From the NCBI GenBank assembly GCA_963828735.1, contig CAWHFW010000006.1:1-64000 (forward strand): 64,000 nucleotides of DNA, given 5' to 3'. The translations under genes were made by a program, and so were the position numbers. Below the pieces are notes generated by a model. That model saw nothing but the letters and a program-made list of their open reading frames with translations, was not told the origin of the DNA and did no database searches. Positions 11,841 through 22,065 of this stretch are shown here, in pieces (position 1 is the first letter of the stretch; every line of letters starts with the position of its first letter). This DNA comes from an uncultured Gemmatimonadales bacterium. GTDB taxonomy: Bacteria; Gemmatimonadota; Gemmatimonadetes; Gemmatimonadales; GWC2-71-9.

Positions 11841-11909
11841 GCTATCGATTTTCGGCAGGACCTGCATCATCTGCGACCGCCGAATTGCGTTCTGCCGAAA
11901 ATCGATAGC
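11841..11909. promoter_or_regulatory. Perfect 18-bp inverted repeat in the divergent intergenic region; candidate AraC-family operator pair
   Basis: gctatcgattttcggcag (11841-11858) and ctgccgaaaatcgatagc (11892-11909). Confidence 0.6.
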
Positions 11910-11985
11910 GCCCATCGGGCGCAGGCCCAACCGTAGGGTGCCAATCCGGCGTCCACCGGGCGCCTGGAAGAATGGAGGGGTGACA

Positions 11986-12078
11986 ATGATCTCACAACGC
12001 ACGGCTTGGCGTGCGGCGCTTGTCGCCGCGTGCCTGTGCCTCAGTCAGCTGCAGCTGATATCAACCGCCACTGCGCGT
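11986..12078 (+). CDS. 5' fragment of a secreted protein (signal peptide only), apparently cut at an assembly junction
   Basis: GGAGGGG RBS, then [30 protein letters not shown], after which the sequence runs into the antisense of the PBP1A tail. Confidence 0.5.
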
Positions 12079-14278
12079 CGGGTGGACGCCCGGCGGCAGC
12101 GGCGCGGTGGGCTGCGGTGCGCCATCCGGTGCCGTGCCTCCCATCGGGGCTGCGACTCCGCCCACCGCGCCGAACGGCGAGTGGATGGGACAGAACGCCG
12201 TGGGCTCGGTGCCCGGGATGAAGGACTCGATGTAGTGGACATCCTTCGGGCAGAATGGCGTCGCCTTGTAGCCAGTCGTCTTGTCGATGTCGAGAGCGGT
12301 GAGTCCGTCCGGGCGCGGCCACGCGGCAGGGATCGCCCGGCGCTCGTACACCTCGCGCATCATCGCGGTCCAGGCGGGCGCCGCGAGCACGCCCGCCCTG
12401 CGCGTTCGCCTTGATCTTCCGCGGCTGGTCGAACCCGATCCAGACGCCGGTCACGAGGTCCGGCGTGAAGCCGATGTACCAGACGTCGAAGCCGTCGTTG
12501 GTGGTGCCGGTCTTGCCGCCCGCGGGGAAATTGATGCGCGCGCCGACCGAGCCCACCGCGGTCCCGTGCCTCACCACGTCGCGCAGCGCGTCGGTCATGA
12601 GCCACGCGTGCGCCGTGTCCATGACCGAAACGGAGCGCACCTGCGGCTGCCAGACGATCTTGCCGTTGCGGTCTTCGACCCGGAGGATGGCGTTCGGCAG
12701 GGTGCGGGTGCCGAGGTTGGCGAAGGTCGTGTAGGCGGAGATCATCTCGAGCGGAATCACGTCCGCCGAGCCGATGTGGATCGAGGGATAGGGCGGAACG
12801 CGCGTCGTGATGCCGAACTTGGTGGCCTCGCTGATCACCGCGTCCTCGCCGATCTCCATGCCCAGCTTGATGGCGATGATGTTGCGCGACATGTAGAGCG
12901 CGCGGCGCAGGGTCATCGGCCCATCGAACTCGAGATCGTAGTTCTGCGGCGCCCAGGGCGCCTCGTCGGTCGCGATCTCCACCGTGAGCGGGTCGTCCAC
13001 CATCACGTGCGAGAGCGGGTAGCCCGCCTCGAGCGCCGCCGCGTAGACGATGGGCTTGAAGGTCGAGCCCGGCTGACGCAGGGCCTGCGTCGCGCGGTTG
13101 AACTTGCTGTCCTCGAAATCGCGTCCTCCGACCATCGCCCGGATATTGCCCGTCTTGGCGTCGAGAGTCACCACCAGGCCCTGCAGATAGGGCGTCATGG
13201 TGCGGCTGCCGTCGTCGGGGGTGTCGGCGCGGGAGTCGAGATACTGCCGGTAGGTCGGCCAGGTGAACTTGCCGTCCGCCCCGCTCTCGATCGCCTCGAG
13301 GCGGGCCTCGAGCGCCCGCTCGGCAGCCTGCTGGGTGTCGAGATCGAGGGTGGTGTAGACGCGATAGCCCGACTTGTAGAGATCGGCGCCGAAGCGGGCG
13401 TCGAGCTGCTGCCGGACGTACTCGACGAAGTACTGGGCGACGCCGCTGAAATCCGAGTGCGAGGACAGCAGGAGCGGATACGCCTTCCACCGCTCGGTGT
13501 CCTCGGCGGAGAGCAGCCCGTTGTCCCGCAGCAGGTTCAGCACCGTGTTCCGGCGCTGCACGCTCAGGTTGGGATTCCGGCGAGGATTGTAGCGGGACGG
13601 CGCCTTCGGGATGGCGGCGAGGGTCGCGGCTTCGGCGACGTTGAGGTCGCGCACCGACTTGCCAAAGTACCGCTGGGAGGCCGCCTCGACCCCGAACGCA
13701 CGGTTCCCGAGATCGATCTGGTTGAGGTAGAGCTCGAGAATCTTCTCCTTCGGGTACTTCGCCTCGATCTCCCGCGCGACCTGAGCTTCCCGCAGCTTCC
13801 GCCGCAAGGTCTTGTCCCGCCCGCTGATGTCCTCGGGCCACAGATTCCGGGCCAGCTGCATCGTGATGGTCGAGAACCCCTCGGCCACACGGAACTTGGT
13901 GATGTTGTTCTTGATGGCGCCGAGGACCCGATACCAGTCGATCCCGTGATGCTCGTAGAAGCGCTTGTCCTCGGTCGTAATGAACGCCGCCTTCACGTAG
14001 GGCGACATCTCGCCGAGGGGTACCACGGTCCGGCGCTCGAGCCCGAGGTCGGTGATGAGCCGCCCGTCCGCCGCGTAGACCTTGGAGGCCTGGTTGGGAT
14101 CGTACCCGCCGAGCTCGGCGATGGAGGGACAGCTGTTTCCGGCGCAGGCGCGCGTCCAGAGCGCCGTGAGGACGGCGAGCCCAAAGGCGAGGACTGCGAG
14201 AAACGAGACCAGGACGATGCGGCGGGCGCGCGAGGAGTGCCAAACGCGCTGCAGGACGCTCAGTTGCCGGCGGGCCAT
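12061..14278 (-). CDS. mrcA: Class A penicillin-binding protein 1A; one indel near 12395
   Basis: N-terminal TM; transglycosylase [25 protein letters not shown]; transpeptidase SxxK (GSTFK), SRN, KTG. Confidence 0.95.
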
Positions 14279-14333
14279 ATCCCCCAAGCTAGCCGGTTGC
14301 GGGGCACGTTTCCAGCGGGTACGATACGCGCCT

Positions 14334-15599
14334 ATGACCGATCTTCTCGAGTTGTTGACCGCCCGCGGCTTCGTGCAGGAGCAGACGCCCGGGCTGGCCG
14401 AGCGGCTGCGCCAGGGCCCGATCACGGCCTACGTCGGGTTCGATCCCACGGCGGACTCGCTGCACGTCGGAAGCCTCGTGCCGGTCATGGGGATGGCCTG
14501 GCTGCAGCGGCTGGGGAACGTGCCCATCGCGCTGGTGGGTGGCGGCACCGGCATGGTGGGCGACCCGAGCGGAAAGCGGGCCGAGCGCCCGGTCATGACC
14601 CTGGAGCAGATCGACCGGAACGCGCGGGGCCTCATGCGGCAGCTTCAGCGGTTCCTCTCCTTCGAGGGCGCCAACGCCGCCCGGCTCCGGAACAATGCCG
14701 ACTGGCTCCGGAACCTCCCCCTGATGGAGTTTCTGCGCGATACCGGCAAGCACTTCACCCTCAGCCTGATGCTGGGCAAGGAGTCGGTCTCCAGCCGCAT
14801 GGCCGAGGGGATCTCGTTCACCGAGTTCAGCTACATGCTGATCCAGGCGTACGACTTCTGGCACCTGTTCAAGACCGAGGGCTGCGAGCTGCAGATGGGC
14901 GGCAGCGACCAGTGGGGCAACATCACCGCCGGCACTCACCTGGTGGGCAAGCGCGAAGGTCGGGAAGTGCACGGTCTGGTCTTTCCGCTGCTCACGACCG
15001 CCGCGGGCGGGAAGTTCGGCAAGAGCGAGGGCGAGAACGTCTGGCTCGACCCCGAGCGCACCAGCCCCTACCACTTCTATCAGTTCTGGCTCAATACCGA
15101 CGACCGGGACGTGGAGCGCTACCTCAAGCTCTTCACCTTCCTCCGGCTCGATCGGATCGCCGCGACGATGGCCGAGCACGCGGCGGAGCCTGGTCGACGC
15201 GAGGCCCAGCGGACGCTCGCGCGCGAAGTGACGGCCACGGTACACGGCGCGGCCGCGGCCGAGGCGGCGATCCAGACCAGCCTCGCCTTGTTCTCGCGCT
15301 CGGACGATGGAGGCCTCTCAGCCGAGGCGATCGCCGACATGCCCGAACGCCGGGTGTCGCGTGCCCGGCTGCCGGAGGGGCTGCCCGTCGTCGAGGTGCT
15401 GGTGGCGAGCGGCCTGGCAACCTCCAAGGCGGATGCCCGCCGCGGGATTCAAGGCAAGGGTTTCTATCTCAACGGCCGCCCGATCGACGATGTCGAGCTC
15501 ATGGTCGGCGAGGATGCGCTCCAGGGCCCGCCGGAGGAGCGCTTTCTCATCTTGAGGAAGGGGAAGAAGAACTACGTGAGGCTCGTGCTCGAGCCGTAG
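14334..15599 (+). CDS. tyrS: Tyrosyl-tRNA synthetase
   Basis: [32 protein letters not shown]-terminal S4 domain. Confidence 0.98.
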   Translation: MTDLLELLTARGFVQEQTPGLAERLRQGPITAYVGFDPTADSLHVGSLVPVMGMAWLQRLGNVPIALVGGGTGMVGDPSGKRAERPVMTLEQIDRNARGLMRQLQRFLSFEGANAARLRNNADWLRNLPLMEFLRDTGKHFTLSLMLGKESVSSRMAEGISFTEFSYMLIQAYDFWHLFKTEGCELQMGGSDQWGNITAGTHLVGKREGREVHGLVFPLLTTAAGGKFGKSEGENVWLDPERTSPYHFYQFWLNTDDRDVERYLKLFTFLRLDRIAATMAEHAAEPGRREAQRTLAREVTATVHGAAAAEAAIQTSLALFSRSDDGGLSAEAIADMPERRVSRARLPEGLPVVEVLVASGLATSKADARRGIQGKGFYLNGRPIDDVELMVGEDALQGPPEERFLILRKGKKNYVRLVLEP

Positions 15600-16546
15600 C
15601 GGCGGAGCGGCGATGCCTCGTACTCCAGCACCGCCCATTCGGTCCAGGGCGTGCCGACCCGCTCGCACCACTTGTGGTAGACCTCGTCGTCCATTCCGAT
15701 CGCAAACACCTCGAGGCCGTCGGTGTAGCTGACCTGAGCCACCAGGCTCCTGGCGTGGCCATGCAGGTCCAGCCAGGCGCTCCAGGCGCTGAATGGCGCG
15801 CGCTGGAACCGGTACCGCACGGAGTCGTCGTCGAAGACGGCGAACAGCGCCAGGCCGCCCTGCGGAGACCTGGTGACGGCGAACGTCCGCACCGACCCGC
15901 CGAGCTCCTCCCACGCACGCCACTCGCCGAAAGGCGCGTCCTGCCAGCGATGGTGAATCCGGCCGTCGCCAGCGAGCGCGAATACGGCCAGTCCTCCACC
16001 CCGCAGCGAGGTCACCCGCAGCGCCCGCGCGCCGTCCGGCGGTACTCCGAGCCCCGTCCATTCGTCCCATGCGGCGAGCGACCGGTTCTGCGCCCGGACG
16101 AAGACGGTGCCATGGCGAATGCCGAACAGTGCGGCGCCGCCGTCGGGAACGACCGCAGCCTGGATCTCTGCGAGGGGGCCGCCGAGGACCTCCCAGTCGG
16201 TCCAGGGCGTGTGCGGGGTCTCCCTGCGGGCATAGCAGACCGCATGACGGTCAGTGGCGAAAAGGATCGGCCCCTGGCCGGGGACATAGACCGCCGCCAA
16301 CTCGTCGGCGGGTCGAGGCCAGGTGTGCCACGTGTCATACCCACCTCGCACCAGGGCCGATACATGGTGGTCCGGCCCAATGGTCGCGACGACGGTCCCC
16401 GCGTGCACGATCCGCTTCGCGGCCAGTCCTGCGCCTTGCCAGGGTCCCCAGAAGCCCTCCGACCCTCGCTCGATGCTGCTGACTTGGCCTTCGAGGTCGA
16501 TGCCGTAGACGCTGTCCAACGCGGCGACGATCAGGCGGGCGCGCAT
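15572..16546 (-). CDS. Trp-rich repeat beta-propeller, PLL/fucose-binding lectin-like
   Basis: Repeats of roughly 45 aa: [19 protein letters not shown]...[50 protein letters not shown]. Confidence 0.7.
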   Translation of the reverse strand: MRARLIVAALDSVYGIDLEGQVSSIERGSEGFWGPWQGAGLAAKRIVHAGTVVATIGPDHHVSALVRGGYDTWHTWPRPADELAAVYVPGQGPILFATDRHAVCYARRETPHTPWTDWEVLGGPLAEIQAAVVPDGGAALFGIRHGTVFVRAQNRSLAAWDEWTGLGVPPDGARALRVTSLRGGGLAVFALAGDGRIHHRWQDAPFGEWRAWEELGGSVRTFAVTRSPQGGLALFAVFDDDSVRYRFQRAPFSAWSAWLDLHGHARSLVAQVSYTDGLEVFAIGMDDEVYHKWCERVGTPWTEWAVLEYEASPLRRYGSSTSLT

Positions 16547-16656
16547 GCGGAGCTCCAGTACAGACGGGTTCTGGTAAATTGGCTATTTATCCTATCTGAC
16601 AAGTAGTCTAAATGACACCCATGATTCCTGCCAGAGCCTGCCCCACTAGGGGCTTC

Positions 16657-17979
16657 TTAAAGCAGCGTCCCACCCAGGATCAGGCGCGCCACCGTGAAGT
16701 AGATGATCAACCCGGTCACGTCCACCAGCGTGGCGACGAACGGCGCCGAGGCGCTCGCGGGGTCGGCGCCGAAGCGTCGGAGCACGAAGGGCAGCATGGA
16801 TCCGGCGAGGGTCCCGAACATCACCACGCCGAGGAGGCTCCCCGCCACGGTGAGCGCCACGAGGAGATAGTGCACCCCGTACACGTCACCGACCGCCTGC
16901 CACACAAGGATCCGGATCAGGCCGATGAGCCCCAGTAGCAAACCGAGCACCAGCCCGGTCAGGACCTCGCGACGGGCGACTCGCCACCAGTCGCGCAGGC
17001 GAACCTCGCTCAGGGCCATCGCGCGGATCACCAGGGTCGCCGCCTGCGAGCCGGAGTTGCCGCCGCTGCTGATGATGAGCGGCACGAAGAGCGCGAGGAT
17101 GACGGCCCGGGCGATTTCCTTCTCGAAGAAGCCCATGGCGGTCGCCGTGAACATCTCGCCGATGAAAAGCACGGCCAGCCAGCGGCCGCGCTTCCGGATC
17201 ATGTCGCTGAAGCCGATCTGGAGATAGGGTTCGTCCAGCGCCTCGCTGCCGCCGATCTTCTGGATGTCCTCGGTCGCCTCTTCCTGGACCACGCCCACCA
17301 CGTCGTCCGCCGTCACGACGCCTTTCATCTTCCCCTCGGCATCCACCACGGGGATGGCGAGCCAGCCCTCATCGGCGAACAGATGCGCGACCGCCTCCTG
17401 ATCCGTCTCCTCGGTCACGGTCACGAGGTCGGTGTGCATGATCTCCTGCACCAGTTTTTCCGGGGGTGCCGCGAAGAGCTCGCGGAACGACACGACGCCG
17501 AGGAGGGACAGGTCCTGGCCGAGCACATAGGCGTAGTCGATCACCTCGATGCCGCGGATGGCCTGGCGCCGCAGGTAGCGGATGGCCACCTCCACCGAAA
17601 TGTCCGGGCGCAGGCGCATGTATCGCGGGTTCATGACGCCGCCGGCCGCGTCTTCGGCATACGCCAGCAGCGCCGTGACCTCGCCTCGCGTCGCCGGGTC
17701 GAGCAGGGCCATGAACCGCTCGCGCTGCTCCGCAGGCAGGGCCTGCACCAGGTCGGCCGCATCGTCGGGGGCGAGGAGCCGCATCCACGGGCGACTCCGC
17801 TCGGGACCGAGCTCGTGCAGCAGGTCCGCCTGGTCGTGGGTGCTGAGCGCGAGGAAGAAGTCCGCCGCCTCGATCGCGTCCAGCATCGCGAACCCCTCGA
17901 GCCGTTCGTCCGAGCTCAGGATGGGATACGCGTCGAGGAGCGCTTCGGCGGTGAAGGCGTCCGGCAGCGGGTTAGTCAG
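16657..17979 (-). CDS. mgtE: Magnesium transporter MgtE (start uncertain; frame open to 18078)
   Basis: LAPDDAADL, YAEDAAGG.M, CBS pair, IISSGGNSGSQ, DPASASAPFVATLVDVTG. Confidence 0.96.
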   Translation of the reverse strand: MTNPLPDAFTAEALLDAYPILSSDERLEGFAMLDAIEAADFFLALSTHDQADLLHELGPERSRPWMRLLAPDDAADLVQALPAEQRERFMALLDPATRGEVTALLAYAEDAAGGVMNPRYMRLRPDISVEVAIRYLRRQAIRGIEVIDYAYVLGQDLSLLGVVSFRELFAAPPEKLVQEIMHTDLVTVTEETDQEAVAHLFADEGWLAIPVVDAEGKMKGVVTADDVVGVVQEEATEDIQKIGGSEALDEPYLQIGFSDMIRKRGRWLAVLFIGEMFTATAMGFFEKEIARAVILALFVPLIISSGGNSGSQAATLVIRAMALSEVRLRDWWRVARREVLTGLVLGLLLGLIGLIRILVWQAVGDVYGVHYLLVALTVAGSLLGVVMFGTLAGSMLPFVLRRFGADPASASAPFVATLVDVTGLIIYFTVARLILGGTLL

Positions 17980-18208
17980 AGGCAGGTCTCCGGCTGCAGG
18001 CGACGCGAATCGCGTCCGGTCGGGGAAGGAACGTGTCCGGCTAAAGTAGTCGAGGACGCGAGCCCGGGCCGCGACCATTCGTCACGAAATTGCCACACTG
18101 GCCCGGCCGACCTGTCTCCAACCGCACAGCCGGACCACGAATCTTCAGCGTTACGAGCGCCGTTGCACGATGCAGGCCGCGGCGCCGCCGGCCCCGACGA
18201 TCCTGTGC

Positions 18209-19786
18209 CTACCACCGAGTGCGCCGGCTGGTCGAGCGCGATGGCTTGGCGCCCAGGACGCCGAACATGCCGCGGAGGATCTCGCGTCCGACGGTGCGGC
18301 CGATGGTCGACGCGAGAGCGCCGACCAGTGCCCCGCCCGCGACCTGCGCGATGGTCTTCCCCGCCCGCCCGCCCGTGCGCGCCGGAGCCGCGGGCGCCTC
18401 CGCCGGTGCCGTCGGCGACGGCATCGGCGCCTGCGTCTTGGCCATGCGTGCCGCCAGCATCTCGCGCGCGCTCTCACGGTCCACCGCCTGGCCATACTCG
18501 GCGAGGTAGTCCGACTGTCGGACGTCGGCCTGCAGCTCGTCGGGCGTGAGCGGCGCCATCCGCGACGTCGGCGGGATAAGGCGCGCGGCGACGACGGGCG
18601 TCGGCGCACCGCGCCCATCCAGCACGGTCACCACCGCCTCGCCGATGCCGAGGGAGGTAAGCGTCTCCTCCAGGTCGTAGAACTCGGTCTTGGGGAAGGT
18701 GCGCACCGTCGCACGGAGCGCCGTGTCGTCGTCCGGAGTATGGGCGCGGAGCGCGTGCTGGACGCGGTTGCTGAGTTGCGCGAGCACGTCGTCCGGCACG
18801 TCCTTCGGCGTCTGGGTGACGAAATAGACACCCACGCCCTTTGACCGGATGAGTCGCACCACCTGCTGCACCTGCGTGAGAAATTCCTTCGACGCGTCGG
18901 CGAACAGCAGGTGGGCCTCGTCGAAGAAGAAGGCGAGCTTGGGCTTCGGGAGGTCCCCCGCCTCCGGCAGGTTGTGATACAGCTCGGCCAGCATCCACAT
19001 CATGAAGGTGGACCACAGGAGAGGCCTGTCCTGCACGTCGGCGAGCTCGAGGCAGGTTACGATGCCGCGCCCGTCGGAGGTCAGGTGCAGCATGTCCTTC
19101 ACGTCGAACTCCGGCTCGCCGAAGAACACGCCGGCACCCTGCGATTCGAGCTCGATCATCTTCCGCAGGAGCACGCCGACGGTGGCGCCGGACATGCCGC
19201 CGTATTGGGCCAGCGCCGGTTTGCCCTCGTCTGACGAGAGGTACTGGAGCACGGCGCGCAGATCCGGCAGGTCGAGCAGCGGAAGCTGACTGTCGTCACA
19301 GTACTTGAAGACCATCGTGAGCACGCTGGTCTGCGTGTCGTTGAGGGAGAGCGCCTTGCCCAGCAGCAGCGGACCGAACGAGCTCACGGTTGCGCGGAGC
19401 TGCACGCCCAGCTTGCCGCTCAGGCTGACGAACTCGACCGGTACCCCCGAGGGCTTCCACGCCCACCCGATGTCTTTGGCTCGGCCGGTCACGCGATCAC
19501 TGGCCTCGCCGGGCATGGCAAGACCGCTGAGATCGCCTTTGATGTCGGCGGCGAACACGGGAACGCCCTGGGCCGACAGCTGCTCGGTGAGGAACTGGAG
19601 GGTCTTGGTCTTGCCGGTGCCGGTGGCCCCCGCGATGAGGCCGTGCCGGTTCATCATCGCGAGCGGCACCCGGATCTTGGGCTCGGGGTGGACCGTGGTT
19701 CCCTTCTCGAGGGCGGCGCCCAGCGTGACGGAGGGCTCGGTGAACCCGTAGCCGGCGGCGAGCATTTCATCGAAGGAGGTGGGCAT
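18209..19786 (-). CDS. DUF853/HerA-like ATPase (YjgR family)
   Basis: NRHGLIAGATGTGKTKT, FFDEAHLLF, RLIRSKGVGVYFVTQ, NRVQHALRA. Confidence 0.93.
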   Translation of the reverse strand: MPTSFDEMLAAGYGFTEPSVTLGAALEKGTTVHPEPKIRVPLAMMNRHGLIAGATGTGKTKTLQFLTEQLSAQGVPVFAADIKGDLSGLAMPGEASDRVTGRAKDIGWAWKPSGVPVEFVSLSGKLGVQLRATVSSFGPLLLGKALSLNDTQTSVLTMVFKYCDDSQLPLLDLPDLRAVLQYLSSDEGKPALAQYGGMSGATVGVLLRKMIELESQGAGVFFGEPEFDVKDMLHLTSDGRGIVTCLELADVQDRPLLWSTFMMWMLAELYHNLPEAGDLPKPKLAFFFDEAHLLFADASKEFLTQVQQVVRLIRSKGVGVYFVTQTPKDVPDDVLAQLSNRVQHALRAHTPDDDTALRATVRTFPKTEFYDLEETLTSLGIGEAVVTVLDGRGAPTPVVAARLIPPTSRMAPLTPDELQADVRQSDYLAEYGQAVDRESAREMLAARMAKTQAPMPSPTAPAEAPAAPARTGGRAGKTIAQVAGGALVGALASTIGRTVGREILRGMFGVLGAKPSRSTSRRTRW

Positions 19787-19899
19787 GACGCGGCGCTCGG
19801 ATAAGGGTTGCCGGACAGCGTGCGGCGACTTCCTGGGTGATGGCCCCGCGTACCGGAGGATGGAGCGACCACACGCGTCGCCCTCGACCGCTGGGCGGA

Positions 19900-21087
19900 C
19901 TAAACGCGGCCCTCGAGGACCGCTGCCACCCGCTCCATCTCTTCGATCGTGTTGTACGCGTGCGGGCTCAGCCGGATGGCCCCCTCGCGGAGGCTGCAGA
20001 TGATGCGCGCCGCCTTGAGGCGGCGGAAGGCCTCGATGACGTCACCGGGCGCGAGGCACAGGATCCCGGAGCCCCGAGCGCCCGTGGGAGACACCACCGG
20101 CGCGCCGGTCCGCTCCGCCCAGGCCAGCACCGGCTCGTGGAGGCGCCGGAGGTGGGCCTGGATCCGCTCGACGCCCAGCTCGAGAATCAGGCCCAGGGAC
20201 GCGTTCATTCCGGCGAAGTCCTGGTACGGGAGTGTGGTCAGCTCGAACCGACGAGCATCCGCGCGAAGGGTGTCCCCATACGCCGTGAGCCGCGTCAGGT
20301 CGTCGGTGCCCTCGAACGCCATCCATCCCGTCACCGCCGGGCTGAGCTGCGCGATGAGCTCGCGGCGCACGTACACGAATCCCGATCCCCAGGGTGAGAG
20401 CAGCCACTTTTGCCCGCCGCACGCGAGCACGTCCACCTCGAGGCGGGCAAGGTCGAGCGGCAGCTGCCCCACGCCCTGGATCGCGTCAACGACGAGCCAG
20501 GCGCCCGTGCGGCGGGTCGCGGCGCTGAGCGCGGCGAGGTCCGCCCGATACCCGTTGCTGAACTGCACCAGGGAGACCGCCACCGCGCGCACGTTCCGAT
20601 CTTCGAGCCGCTCGAGCAGGCGCGCCTCGTCCGGCCAGCCGTTCGCCGTCGTCGGCACGAGCTCCACGGTGATGCCGATCTCCCGGAGGCGAACCCAGGG
20701 GTACACGTTGGCCGGGAACTCCCGATCGCTCACCAGCACCACGTCGCCCGGACGGAGGGGGAGCGCCCTGGCCAGCACGCCGAGGCCGAAGCTGGTGTTG
20801 ACGGTGAGCCCGATTTCCTCGGGCGTCGCTGATAGGAGCTCCGCGATCAGTCGGCGCGATTCCGCCAGGGTGCCGAACAGGTCGCGGTCGGGCAGGCGAA
20901 AGGGCGTGGCGCGGCGGCGATTGAACGCCTCGAGCGCGAGCCGGGTCCGCTCGGGCAGGGGGCCGATGCTGGCGTGGTTCAGGTAGACGGTCTCGTCGGC
21001 CCACGGAAACTCCGCGGCCCGGAGGGCGGCCACGTCGAGCGGCGACGAGACGGCCGGCACGGTTCGGGGCAGCGGCTCAGCGGTCAT
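19900..21087 (-). CDS. Aminotransferase class V (cysteine desulfurase-like PLP enzyme)
   Basis: YLNHAS, EFPANVYPW, VVDAIQG, GGQKWLL (PLP Lys), IRLSPH. Confidence 0.92.
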   Translation of the reverse strand: MTAEPLPRTVPAVSSPLDVAALRAAEFPWADETVYLNHASIGPLPERTRLALEAFNRRRATPFRLPDRDLFGTLAESRRLIAELLSATPEEIGLTVNTSFGLGVLARALPLRPGDVVLVSDREFPANVYPWVRLREIGITVELVPTTANGWPDEARLLERLEDRNVRAVAVSLVQFSNGYRADLAALSAATRRTGAWLVVDAIQGVGQLPLDLARLEVDVLACGGQKWLLSPWGSGFVYVRRELIAQLSPAVTGWMAFEGTDDLTRLTAYGDTLRADARRFELTTLPYQDFAGMNASLGLILELGVERIQAHLRRLHEPVLAWAERTGAPVVSPTGARGSGILCLAPGDVIEAFRRLKAARIICSLREGAIRLSPHAYNTIEEMERVAAVLEGRV

Positions 21088-21922
21088 CGCGCAGCCTTGG
21101 ATCGTAGGCCTCGCGCAGCGCGTCGCCCACGAGGTTGAAGCCCAGCACGGCAATCCCGATCGCTATCCCGGGGGCAAACGACACCCAGGGCGCGACCCTG
21201 AGCAGGTCCCGGCCGTCCGCGACCATGGCTCCCCAGCTCGGCGTGGGTGGCTGCGCGCCGAGGCCGACGAACGAGAGTGCGGCCTCGGCCATGATCGCGC
21301 CCGCGATGCCGAGCGTCGCCGCGATGATGACCTGCGTCCGCACATTCGGCAGGAGGTGTTGCAGCAGGACACGCCGGTCGCCCGCACCGAGGGCCTGGGC
21401 GGCGACGACGAACTCCGCGCGCTTGAGCACCAGCACTTGGCTCCGCACCAGCCGCGCCATCCCCGCCCACCCGACGACCCCGATGACGAGGAAGACGACT
21501 GGCAGCGACGGCTTGACGGCCGCCGCGACGGCGATCAGCAGCAGCAGCGTCGGGAACGCGAGTGTGACGTCCGCCAGCCGCATCACTATCGCGTCGACCC
21601 AGCGTCCATAGTACCCGGCGATGAGCCCGAGCAGCACACCAAGGGTGACCGAGACGGATTGCGAGATGAGGCCGACGGACAGGGAGATTCGAGCGCCGTA
21701 GAGCACCCGGCTCAGGACGTCGCGCCCCTGGGTGTCGGTGCCCAGGACGAAACTGCCGCCGGGGCTCAGGAGGTAGGCATTTCGCAGGTCGCCCTTGAGG
21801 GGGTCGAACGGAGCCAGCCACGGCGCGAGGGCGGCGGCGGCGACCACCAGCGCGACGAGCACCAGCCCGAGCTGAAAGAACCGGTCGCGCCGTAGGCGCT
21901 CTTTCAGCACCCCTGGAGCCAT
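21077..21922 (-). CDS. Oligopeptide ABC permease (DppC/OppC family), orphan
   Basis: LGTDTQGRDVLSR, EAA loop EFVVAAQALGA, EAALSFVGLG, PSWG, NLVGDALR. Confidence 0.93.
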   Translation of the reverse strand: MAPGVLKERLRRDRFFQLGLVLVALVVAAAALAPWLAPFDPLKGDLRNAYLLSPGGSFVLGTDTQGRDVLSRVLYGARISLSVGLISQSVSVTLGVLLGLIAGYYGRWVDAIVMRLADVTLAFPTLLLLIAVAAAVKPSLPVVFLVIGVVGWAGMARLVRSQVLVLKRAEFVVAAQALGAGDRRVLLQHLLPNVRTQVIIAATLGIAGAIMAEAALSFVGLGAQPPTPSWGAMVADGRDLLRVAPWVSFAPGIAIGIAVLGFNLVGDALREAYDPRLRDDR

Positions 21923-22065
21923 GGTCGTCCCGTGACGTGGGTTACCCCGTCGGGCGGGGGAGGGCGCACACTCTTGCACCGTCCGACTTCACGGCGCATG
22001 GCGCATGATTCTTGCACATTGCTCAGGGCGAACGTTACGCACCTCACCCGAACCGGGGCAAGCGA

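Noticed and set aside
12281..16606. 1441-aa ORF on the + strand
   Set aside because: Antisense/out-of-frame shadow of mrcA, tyrS and the lectin gene in high-GC DNA; no domain motifs.
22000..22017. Second sigma54 promoter upstream of the patatin gene
   Set aside because: The -24 position reads CG rather than the invariant GG at the required spacing.
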